NCBI GenBank assembly: GCA_035260505.1
Contig: DATFVD010000635.1
Span: forward strand, 1-46,027
DNA from: Terriglobales bacterium
Lineage (GTDB): Bacteria; Acidobacteriota; Terriglobia; Terriglobales; Acidobacteriaceae
Length of the DNA: 46,027 bases
Direction: 5' to 3'
Below are positions 8,875 through 16,394 of the stretch, piece by piece. Every line of letters begins with the position of its first letter. Within the stretch, counting starts at the first letter, position 1. The position numbers and the translations under genes were made by a program. Below the pieces are notes generated by a model, which saw only the letters and a list, made by a program, of their open reading frames with translations, had not been told where the DNA came from and searched no databases.

Positions 8875-9421
8875 TACAATCGCCTCGCGGTGACAAGCCG
8901 CAGTACACCCTGAATTATGGAGTGACTAAGAAACAGGGGAGAATCGAAACTAGAATACCGCCTTCAACTGCCCGACTGAGAGTTACGAAAGTACTGAAAA
9001 TGAACGAGAACGCTCTCGCTGGGACCTGCATTGGACACTGAGCCAACACTTCAAAGAATAAAGACGCTGAGGCTGTCGATTTTGCTGCTGCTCATTCGTC
9101 GTCTAGGTAGAGCTGGGGTTTAGCGGGTCGAGGCCGTGTGGGTGCTCAACGAAACCCCAAGGCAAAGGAAGACATAAGGATGATCTGTTCTCCTGGTAAA
9201 GAGATGCTGACCAAGAGGGGGGAGCATACCAATGGTTGCTCCCTGACAATAGACACGTTGAGAGTGTCTGGCCCGCCCTGGCTGACGAAGATGTTCGCAA
9301 AAAAGAAGATCAAGCCCAGTTGTCCATACGGCCCCGCTGCTTTATCCTCAGTGCTACGTAAAAGCAGTTGGCTCCCCGTCTCATGAATTTTCTTAACAAC
9401 TATTAGCCTTTCGGGAGACGA

Positions 9422-10573
9422 ATGACATTAACCCGCTTCGTGACCAAGAGCGCGTTCCGCAACAAGCGGCGCAGCCTCCTGACCGTGTTGAGCATCACGT
9501 TCTCGCTCTTGCTGTTGACTGTCATGATGACTGTCTGGCACCGGTTCTACGTTGACAAAGGCGACGCGCAGTCCGCTCAGCGGCTGATTACCCGCCATCG
9601 CGTTTCCTTGACCCAGAGTATGCCGGTCTATTACCGGGAAAAAATGCGGACCGTACCCGGGGTCGTGGCCGTGGCTCCGACGCAGTGGTTTGGCGGCTTG
9701 TACAAAGACGAAAAGCCCGAGAATTTCTTCGCGCAGTTTGGAACCGATCCGGCGGAGATCTTTACGGTGATGACAGACTTCAAGATCCCCGGCGACCAAC
9801 TGGCCGCCTGGCAGCACGATCAAGCCGGCTGCGTCGTGGACAGCGAACTGGCCAAGAAGTTTGGCTGGAAAATCGGAGATCGCATTAATCTCAGAGGAAC
9901 CATCTTCCCGGTGAATTTGGAACTTACAATTCGGGGAATCTTCGTCGCACCACAGCCCAGCATCACGGTTTATTTCAACGAGAAATATGTCGAGGAGGCA
10001 GTTTCCTTCGCCAAGGGCCGCTCCGGGACCTTTAACATTCTCGCGGACTCTCCCGAGGACGTTCCCAAGGTCGCGGCCGGAGTGGATGCCCTGTTCCGCA
10101 ACTCTCCCGAGCCCACAAAAACGGAAAGCGAGAAGGCGTTTCAGCTCAGCTTTATCAACAGCCTTGGCAATGTGAAGGCGTTCATCCTGAGCATCTGTTT
10201 CGCGGTGGTGTTCGCGACTCTGCTCGTCTCGGCGAACACCATGGCCATGTCGATCCGCGAACGCACGCGTGAAGTCGCGGTTCTGAAGACGCTCGGATTC
10301 ACCCGGCAGTCGGTCTTGCGGCTTTATATTGGCGAAGCCGTATTGGTGGCTTTGACCGGTGGCGCGCTGGGCTGCCTGCTGGCGGCCGGACTGGTGACGG
10401 CCATGGCGAACGCGCCCGGGATGGGATTCTTCTTCCTCGGAATGAAAGTGACCATACCCACTTTCCTGCTCGCTATCTTGGTTGCGGGGATGGTGGGATT
10501 GCTGAGCGCGATTGTGCCTGCCTACCACGCGGCAAAGTTGGATATTGTGGAGGGTTTGCGGTACATCGGGTAG
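9422..10573 (+). CDS. ABC transporter permease, FtsX/MacB-LolC type (permease 1)
   Basis: 383 aa. Starts MTLTRFVTKSAFRNKRRSLLTVLSITFSLLLLTV (typical FtsX TM1). A periplasmic domain follows, then a C-terminal FtsX 3-TM bundle (IRERTREVAVLKTLGF...). Confidence 0.9.
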   Translation: MTLTRFVTKSAFRNKRRSLLTVLSITFSLLLLTVMMTVWHRFYVDKGDAQSAQRLITRHRVSLTQSMPVYYREKMRTVPGVVAVAPTQWFGGLYKDEKPENFFAQFGTDPAEIFTVMTDFKIPGDQLAAWQHDQAGCVVDSELAKKFGWKIGDRINLRGTIFPVNLELTIRGIFVAPQPSITVYFNEKYVEEAVSFAKGRSGTFNILADSPEDVPKVAAGVDALFRNSPEPTKTESEKAFQLSFINSLGNVKAFILSICFAVVFATLLVSANTMAMSIRERTREVAVLKTLGFTRQSVLRLYIGEAVLVALTGGALGCLLAAGLVTAMANAPGMGFFFLGMKVTIPTFLLAILVAGMVGLLSAIVPAYHAAKLDIVEGLRYIG

Positions 10574-10581
10574 CCACGACA

Positions 10582-10599
10582 CACTAGCACTAGCACTAG
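10582..10599. repeat. Hexanucleotide tandem repeat (CACTAG)x3 in the 44-nt gap between the two permease genes
   Basis: Read directly. It is flanked by the direct repeat CGACACACTA (10577-10586 and 10608-10617). Confidence 0.85.
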
Positions 10600-10617
10600 A
10601 ACCAGCGACGACACACT

Positions 10618-11781
10618 ATGGCGATTCCGATCAGCTATAACATTCGCAACCTGAAGCTGCGCAAGGGCCTCACCATCATGACGGCTCTGGGCATTGCGCT
10701 CACCGTGACCACCGCGGTTTTCCTGATGGCGCTGCTGGCTGGCCTGAAGAAGGCTTTCATGGCCAGCGGCGATCCGGTGAACGTCCTCGTCATGCGCAAG
10801 GGCTCTGTGGCAGAACTTTCGGGAGGCTTCGACGCCAGTCTTTTCCCGACATTGAAGACGTTGCCCGGCATCGCCAAGGACGGCCAGGGAGAACCGCTCG
10901 CCTCCGGCGAATGGGTGGTTGTCGTGGTGCTGCCGCGCAAGGATGGGACCGGCGAAGTGAACGTCTCGGTTCGCGGCTTGATGCCGGCGGGCCTTACCTT
11001 GCGTCCAAGCGCCAAGCTGGTCGAAGGCCGCTGGTTTACGCCAGGACAGCGCGAAGTTGTGGTTGGGCAGTCCATTCACAATCGTTTTTCCGGGGCCAAC
11101 GTCGGCGACAATCTTGACTTTGCCAAAGGACAGTGGAAAGTCGTTGGCGTTTTTGATTCTGGCGGCACCGCCTATGATTCGGAACTCTGGGGCGACGTCA
11201 ATCAGATCGCCGCGGATTTCGACCGCCAGGGAGCCTTTGCGTCTGTTTACCTGCGAGCAACCGACCCGGTTGCGGCGGATGCGCTCAAGCACCGCGTTGC
11301 TGACGATCAGCGGCTGAAGTTGGAAGGCACGCTCGAAACCGATTACTACGAGAAGCAGACCAGCTCTGGCGGAGTGATTAAATTCATCGGCACGGTTGTG
11401 GCCATCATCATGGCGATCGGTTCCAGCTTCGCGGCCATGAATACGATGTATGCCGCTGTCGCCTATCGCTCGAAGGAGATCGCAACATTGAGAATCATCG
11501 GATTTTCGCGGCCGAGTATTCTCACCTCGTTCGTAATCGAGGCGCTCCTGCTTTCGTTGCTCGGCGCGATTGTCGGAATTGTCCTGATCTTGCCCTTCAA
11601 CGGCATGACCACCGGAATTGGCAACCAGCTCACATTCAGCGAAACGGTTTTCAGTTTGCACCTGACGTGGGGAGTTGCGATGACTGCGGTTATCTTTGCG
11701 TTGATCATGGGCTTGCTGGGAGGCTTCGCACCCGCCTGGCATGCGGCGCGGCAGGATATTCTGACCTCGCTGCGGGCGTAG
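10618..11781 (+). CDS. ABC transporter permease, FtsX/MacB-LolC type (permease 2)
   Basis: 387 aa, paralogous architecture to permease 1: N-terminal TM helix, periplasmic domain, and a C-terminal YRSKEIATLRIIGF... FtsX bundle. Confidence 0.9.
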   Translation: MAIPISYNIRNLKLRKGLTIMTALGIALTVTTAVFLMALLAGLKKAFMASGDPVNVLVMRKGSVAELSGGFDASLFPTLKTLPGIAKDGQGEPLASGEWVVVVVLPRKDGTGEVNVSVRGLMPAGLTLRPSAKLVEGRWFTPGQREVVVGQSIHNRFSGANVGDNLDFAKGQWKVVGVFDSGGTAYDSELWGDVNQIAADFDRQGAFASVYLRATDPVAADALKHRVADDQRLKLEGTLETDYYEKQTSSGGVIKFIGTVVAIIMAIGSSFAAMNTMYAAVAYRSKEIATLRIIGFSRPSILTSFVIEALLLSLLGAIVGIVLILPFNGMTTGIGNQLTFSETVFSLHLTWGVAMTAVIFALIMGLLGGFAPAWHAARQDILTSLRA

Positions 11782-11792
11782 TAGGTTTTGTG

Positions 11793-11857
11793 AAGAGACG
11801 GGGCTTGCCCCGTCTCGCTGTCGGCAGAGACACGGCGAGCCGCGTCTCTACGGGAAA
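11793..11857. repeat. Composite double-hairpin REP-like element, family A (GAGACGSGGC-NN-GCCSCGTCTC twice, ending TACGGRAAA)
   Basis: Hairpin 1 is GAGACGGGGC-TT-GCCCCGTCTC (11795-11816, perfect 10-bp stem). Hairpin 2 is AGAGACACGGC-GA-GCCGCGTCTCT (11826-11849). It is colinear with 37199..37264 and shares its core with 16359..16380. Confidence 0.85.
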
Positions 11858-11863
11858 TTGGAT

Positions 11864-13252
11864 ATGCCCACGGAAACCGAACACACGGATAGCAGGCACG
11901 ACGACCTGCGGAGTCTGCGCATCGATCATTCGCTGCGCGACGGAGGCGGAGAACCGCCCGCATGGTCACGCCGCGTCATTCTGGGTGGCATTGCGCTAAT
12001 CGTCCTGCTGGGGTTAGCCGCACTGGCGTACCGTGCGCTCGCCTCGAACACGCCGGAAGTGGAAGTCGTGCGGGCAACGGCGGAAGGCAGTGACGTCGCG
12101 GGCAGCACCGTGCTTTCGGCGAGCGGATACGTTGTGGCTCATCACAAAATCAGCGTGAATTCCAAGGTGACGGGCCGAGTGGCTTGGATCGGCGTGGAAA
12201 AAGGCGACAAGGTAAAAGAGGGACAAATTCTGGTGCGGCTCGAGGACCAGGAATTCCGCGCTCAGTATGAGCAATCTCGAGGTGTGGTCGAGAGCTACAA
12301 GGCACGCCTGTCGCAGTTGGAACATGGCTCGCGTCCGGAGGAAATTCAACAGGCGGATCACAATCTCTCTGAAGCGCGGGCAACCGCCATGAACGACAAG
12401 CTCAATCTGGACCGCGCGCGCAATTTGTTTGCGCAGGGAGTTACCTCGAAGCAGAATCTGGACGATGCCGGCGCCAGGTACGATGCGTCGCAGCAGCGCA
12501 TGAATTCGCTGGAGCAGTCGTTCCAGTTGGCAAAGCTCGGGCCGCGCGCCGAAGAAGTTCAGCGCGCCCGCGGCGACTTGCAACAGGCCGAAGGCCAGAT
12601 GGCATATGCCAAGTCTCAACTCGATGCCACGGTGATTCGTGCCCCCGTCAGCGGCACGATTCTGGAGCGCACGGCGGAGAAGGGTGAACTCGTCACCGCT
12701 CAGTTCGCGAGCGGCGCAGAAGGCGGTCCCCGCGGATCGGTGGTAGCCCTGGCCGACCTGGAAGATATTCAGGTAGAGCTCGATATCGCCCAGGATGACT
12801 TTGCCAAACTCTCTCCCCGGCAGGAAGGCATTGTCACTCTCGATGCGTTTAGGGATCGCTCCTATAAAGGCGAGATCGCAGAAATGTCGCCGGAAGCGAA
12901 TCGGCAGAAAGCGACCGTCCAAGTCAAGGTTCAGATTCTGAAACCCGACTCCTACCTGCGGCCGGAAATGAATGCGACCGTGCAGTTCAAGGCGAAGGCG
13001 AGTGACGACAAGAACGCGGCCACGAAGCAGACTTATGTCTTCGTCCCCACCGCCGCATTGCGCGACAAGGATGGGACGAAGTTCGTGCTGCTGGCTTTCA
13101 ACGGCAAGGCTCTCCGCCGGGTTGTTCATGTTCAAGGCCAGCGTTCGGGAGGCTATCTCGTGGACTCGCTGGTAGGCGGCGAAAGCGTAATCACGGCAGG
13201 GCCCGCGGATTTGCAGGACGGGCAGAAGATTCGTATCAAGGGGCAATCATGA
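11864..13252 (+). CDS. HlyD-family periplasmic adaptor (membrane fusion protein)
   Basis: N-terminal TM anchor ([18 protein letters not shown]). Lipoyl-like motif [25 protein letters not shown], a coiled-coil hairpin region, then a beta-barrel ([12 protein letters not shown]). I prefer ATG at 11864, because the track TTG start at 11858 abuts the repeat element. Confidence 0.9.
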   Translation: MPTETEHTDSRHDDLRSLRIDHSLRDGGGEPPAWSRRVILGGIALIVLLGLAALAYRALASNTPEVEVVRATAEGSDVAGSTVLSASGYVVAHHKISVNSKVTGRVAWIGVEKGDKVKEGQILVRLEDQEFRAQYEQSRGVVESYKARLSQLEHGSRPEEIQQADHNLSEARATAMNDKLNLDRARNLFAQGVTSKQNLDDAGARYDASQQRMNSLEQSFQLAKLGPRAEEVQRARGDLQQAEGQMAYAKSQLDATVIRAPVSGTILERTAEKGELVTAQFASGAEGGPRGSVVALADLEDIQVELDIAQDDFAKLSPRQEGIVTLDAFRDRSYKGEIAEMSPEANRQKATVQVKVQILKPDSYLRPEMNATVQFKAKASDDKNAATKQTYVFVPTAALRDKDGTKFVLLAFNGKALRRVVHVQGQRSGGYLVDSLVGGESVITAGPADLQDGQKIRIKGQS

Positions 13253-13971
13253 ACGCAATCACAACAACAACACCAACGACGCAGGCGGCAGTGGGCAGCA
13301 AGGTCGTGCAGGCCCGTGCGGTCAGCAAGATTTTCAAGCGCGACGCTTTTCAGGTAACCGCGCTGGACAATGTTTCCCTGGACATCGCGGGCGGTGAGTT
13401 TCTGGCCCTGATGGGGCCCTCAGGATCGGGGAAGACGACCCTGCTCAACATGATCGCAGCGATTGACCGTCCCACTTCCGGCGAACTGCTGGTGATGGGT
13501 GAAAATATTTTTCGCCTGAGCGATGGGCAGTCCGCCAAGTGGCGCAATACTCACGTCGGCTATGTTTTTCAGACCTTCAATCTGATTCCGGTGCTGACCG
13601 CGTTTGAGAATGTCGAGTTGCCTCTGTTGCTGACGAAGATGACGACGCAGCAGCGCCGCGATCATGTGATGACCGCGCTCAAGCTCGTTGGCCTTGAGGA
13701 CCGCGTCCATCACCTGCCGAAACAGCTATCGGGCGGACAAGAGCAGCGTGTGGCCATCGCTCGCGCCATCGTCAGCGATCCTACGTTGATTCTCGCCGAC
13801 GAACCTACCGGCGATCTCGACAGCAACTCGGCGACAGAAATCCTGGAAATTCTGAAGCGGCTGAATGAAAGCTTCAACAAGACAATCGTAATGGTGACGC
13901 ACGACCCGCACGCGGCCCAGTATGCGCACGTGACGCGACATCTGGAAAAAGGACGGCTGTTGCCGGCGTAG
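13249..13971 (+). CDS. ABC transporter ATP-binding protein (MacB/LolD-type)
   Basis: Walker [10 protein letters not shown], signature [14 protein letters not shown], Walker [14 protein letters not shown]-loop VTHD. The start overlaps the adaptor stop as ATGA (13249-13252), indicating translational coupling. Confidence 0.95.
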   Translation: MNAITTTTPTTQAAVGSKVVQARAVSKIFKRDAFQVTALDNVSLDIAGGEFLALMGPSGSGKTTLLNMIAAIDRPTSGELLVMGENIFRLSDGQSAKWRNTHVGYVFQTFNLIPVLTAFENVELPLLLTKMTTQQRRDHVMTALKLVGLEDRVHHLPKQLSGGQEQRVAIARAIVSDPTLILADEPTGDLDSNSATEILEILKRLNESFNKTIVMVTHDPHAAQYAHVTRHLEKGRLLPA

Positions 13972-14015
13972 CAGGCTATCGAAAAAGTTGGGTTTCGTCT
14001 CTGGGTTCGTATCGG

Positions 14016-14069
14016 GGTATCGCTTCAGCGATACCGCAAGCGCTTGAAGTCGATGGCCCCTTTAGGGGC
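14016..14069. terminator. Tandem hairpins at a convergent gene junction (family C, TTCA-loop element)
   Basis: GGTATCGC-TTCA-GCGATACC (14016-14035), then AAGCGCTTGAAGTCGAT, then GCCCC-TTTA-GGGGC (14056-14069). It lies between the ATPase stop (13971) and the stop of the minus-strand gene (14085). There is no clear U-tract. Confidence 0.5.
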
Positions 14070-14084
14070 GGGGGCACACCGTGC

Positions 14085-14603
14085 TCAGGCCGTTATCCTG
14101 GTAGGCATCGCGTCCTCCGACGTCTCGGTGTCGCTGATCCACTCCCAGACGCGGCGGCCGCGGTCGTTGCTCAGGCTGCGAGCCTCGCCATAATCCACCA
14201 GACGATTCAAGACGGTGGTGACCGAGGCCAGCGGGTCCTTGTGCCGCGCCAGGATTGCTGGAGCATATCGCTCCAGTTCGACGCAAACCTCGCGCGCTCC
14301 CAGCGGACGCCGAACCTCCATAAGCACTCTCCGGCACGCCTTGGTGAAGCCGGGTTGACGTCCATTCGGCTTGCGGTCGATCAGTTCCAGCAAGTCGTCG
14401 CCGAGCACCTGATCGCCGAAAAGATTCGCCAGTCCGGCAATCGTCTGCTTCACCGTGCCAATACGTTTCATGACCTCGGCACGCTGCCGCATCAACTGGA
14501 GAAGTTCTTCGTGCGCTGCCTTGACCACCTGCCGCGCCGAAATGCTATTGGATTGAGCATCGATCGCGTGCAAACTATCGCTATTATTTTTTCCAACTTC
14601 CAT
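14085..14603 (-). CDS. Hypothetical protein (predicted coiled-coil N-terminus, possible winged-helix C-terminus)
   Basis: ATG at 14603 is preceded by GGAGGAGG with a 5-nt spacer. The track start at 14753 adds 50 aa with no SD. I recognise no family. A helix-rich segment (HEELLQLMRQRAEVMKRIGTVKQTIAGLANL) is followed by a basic/acidic globular part. Confidence 0.6.
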   Translation of the reverse strand: MEVGKNNSDSLHAIDAQSNSISARQVVKAAHEELLQLMRQRAEVMKRIGTVKQTIAGLANLFGDQVLGDDLLELIDRKPNGRQPGFTKACRRVLMEVRRPLGAREVCVELERYAPAILARHKDPLASVTTVLNRLVDYGEARSLSNDRGRRVWEWISDTETSEDAMPTRITA

Positions 14604-14874
14604 AAACGCCTCCTCCAGCAAAGGGATAATGACCTGAATCCTTGGCCTCTTGTCTTCTAATACGGAAAAGGATCCTCCAAAGTTCCAGCATGTGTTGGAC
14701 TCGTTTGGAGAAGAAAGGTTATCGGAGAAAGGTGATTGGTGTGGCGCGGACACTCTTGTCCGCGAACTGTGTAAGTATTCTCGGACCGCGGTCGCGGAAA
14801 GCTCCAGACCGCACGCGGGCGAGGGCCCCTTCGACTACTCTCAGGGCAGGTCCGCGCCACAGACACGGATTACT

Positions 14875-15273
14875 CTATCCCATCACGGTAGTGTGCTCCG
14901 GCCGGATTTTGTACATCACGCGAACTTCTCCCGGCTTGGCGTAGGGATATTTGTCTTGTCCCAGGTACTTCTTCGCCAGTTTGTCGATGTGTTGGTCGGC
15001 GCCGTCCTCGGTGATCTCAACCACGGTGCCGCGGATCTCCAGATAGCGGTAGGGATTGTCGGGATCGATAATGGCCAGCGCGACCCGCGGATCGCGGCGG
15101 ACATTGCGGTCCTTCTGACGGCCGCGCGCAGAATTAAAGATTACATGTTGACCATCGAAGTCGCACCATACCGGAGTGACCTGCGGCCGTCCGTCGGGCA
15201 TCAGCGTGCCCAGACTGGCGAATGCTGGCTTCTGGAAAAGGTCGACGTATTTTTCAGGAATCACGTTGGACAT
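14875..15273 (-). CDS. Pyridoxamine 5'-phosphate oxidase (PPOX) family flavin/F420-binding split-barrel protein
   Basis: 132 aa. FASLGTLMPDGRPQVTPVWCDFDGQHVIFNSARGRQKDRNVRRDPRVALAIIDPDNPYRYLEIRG is the typical PPOX-class pattern. Confidence 0.85.
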   Translation of the reverse strand: MSNVIPEKYVDLFQKPAFASLGTLMPDGRPQVTPVWCDFDGQHVIFNSARGRQKDRNVRRDPRVALAIIDPDNPYRYLEIRGTVVEITEDGADQHIDKLAKKYLGQDKYPYAKPGEVRVMYKIRPEHTTVMG

Positions 15274-15393
15274 CGCTAGCTGTCTCCTCCATTGATTTTT
15301 GCCGACTAATTAATTACCGTTCCCGATTATAGATGCGGGCAGCAGAACGATGGCGCCGTAAAGTAGTGAATCTTTTCGGAGAATTCGACCTTT

Positions 15394-16338
15394 ATGCGGA
15401 TGACATTACCCCCAGCCGGAAAAGCGGCGCGAACGTTCAGGGCGTTCGGCATCGTGTTGTGCCTCGCGGCGACAGCTCTGCTTCTGCTCGCAAGCTCTCT
15501 TCCAGCACAGCCGCCTGCCACACAACCCCCGCCGACCGTGGTCTTCATGACCGATTTCGGCATCCTTGACGATTCGGTCGCTCTCTGCAAAGGCGTGATG
15601 TATGGCATCACGCCCAAACTGCGCATTGTCGATCTCACGCACCAGGTGAACGCGTATTCGATTCGAGACGGCGCTCGCTTCTTGTTTGGCGCTTCGCCCT
15701 ACTTCCCGGCCGGAACGGTTTTTGTGGCAGTGGTCGATCCTGGCGTGGGCAGCTCGCGCAAGGCTGTGGTCGTGAAATCCAAGCGCGGCCAATTCTTCGT
15801 GCTGCCCGACAATGGCCTGATGACCATGGTCGAGGAACGCGATGGCATTGAAGCCATTCGCGAGATCACCAATCCTGGTTGGATGGTCGGCGCCAAGATT
15901 TCCTCCACCTTCCATGGCCGGGATATTTTCTCTCCCGTCGGCGCGCACATTGCGGGCGGTGATGACTGGACCCATGTCGGACCCACAGTCAAGCAACTGG
16001 TCCGTCTCGATCTGAAGCCCGCAACAGTGGATGCTAAGGGTCTGGCCGGCGAAGTGACTGCCCTTGATGGTCCGTATGGCAACCTGATCACGAACATCAG
16101 CGCCGCCGATTTTCAGAAGCTTGGATATCAGCTTGGCGATAAGTTGAAGGTCACCATCGCGGGACGCGAAGTCGAGATGCGATTCGTAAGGACGTTCAGC
16201 GATGTGCCGCTCAAGCAGCCGTTGCTGTTAATCGATTCGCGCGGACGAGCCAGCTTCGCGCTCAACCAGGCAAGTTTCGCGGCGGTGTACAAGATAGATC
16301 CGCCGCAACCGGTGTTCATACCCCGCAAGGTGCACTGA
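15394..16338 (+). CDS. SAM hydrolase / SAM-dependent halogenase family protein (DUF62, S-adenosyl-L-methionine hydroxide adenosyltransferase-like) with N-terminal signal/anchor
   Basis: Family motifs VVFMTDFGILDDSVALCKGVM, VAVVDPGVGSSRK, FVLPDNGL, STFHGRDIFSPVGAHIAGG. They are preceded by a 45-aa basic plus hydrophobic leader (KAARTFRAFGIVLCLAATALLLLASSLPAQP). Confidence 0.85.
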   Translation: MRMTLPPAGKAARTFRAFGIVLCLAATALLLLASSLPAQPPATQPPPTVVFMTDFGILDDSVALCKGVMYGITPKLRIVDLTHQVNAYSIRDGARFLFGASPYFPAGTVFVAVVDPGVGSSRKAVVVKSKRGQFFVLPDNGLMTMVEERDGIEAIREITNPGWMVGAKISSTFHGRDIFSPVGAHIAGGDDWTHVGPTVKQLVRLDLKPATVDAKGLAGEVTALDGPYGNLITNISAADFQKLGYQLGDKLKVTIAGREVEMRFVRTFSDVPLKQPLLLIDSRGRASFALNQASFAAVYKIDPPQPVFIPRKVH

Positions 16339-16358
16339 GCGACAAAGAGTTTCCTGTC

Positions 16359-16380
16359 GAGACGCGGCTTGCCGCGTCTC
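16359..16380. terminator. Perfect 10-bp palindrome GAGACGCGGC-TT-GCCGCGTCTC (family A core) between convergent genes
   Basis: Read directly. It sits 21 nt after the DUF62 stop and 15 nt before the PNP stop, so it is a plausible bidirectional terminator or RNA end-protector. It is followed by CCCCCC, not a T-tract. Confidence 0.6.
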
Positions 16381-16394
16381 CCCCCGAGGCAAAT

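Noticed and set aside
9138-9386. 82-aa ORF (GTG start) in the long intergenic region; internal ATG at 9180 preceded by AAGG
   Set aside because: The SD is adjacent to the ATG with no spacer. The composition is unremarkable and there is no hydrophobic or recognisable domain. I keep it only as part of the non-coding-region finding.
9375-9420. Possible SD-sequestering stem (CGTCTC ... GAGACG) upstream of permease 1
   Set aside because: It has only 6 bp with a loop of about 30 nt and only partial overlap with the GGGAG SD. That is too weak to call a riboregulator.
9428-13246. Three long minus-strand ORFs (9428..10582, 10522..11742, 12014..13246; 384-410 aa)
   Set aside because: Each mirrors a + strand gene with unambiguous FtsX or HlyD features. 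Their compositions are Arg/His/Gly/Gln-rich and they have no motifs or SD sequences.
14650-15279. 209-aa + strand ORF
   Set aside because: It overlaps the PPOX-family gene on the opposite strand. It has no motifs and its 5' part lies in a palindrome-rich intergenic region.
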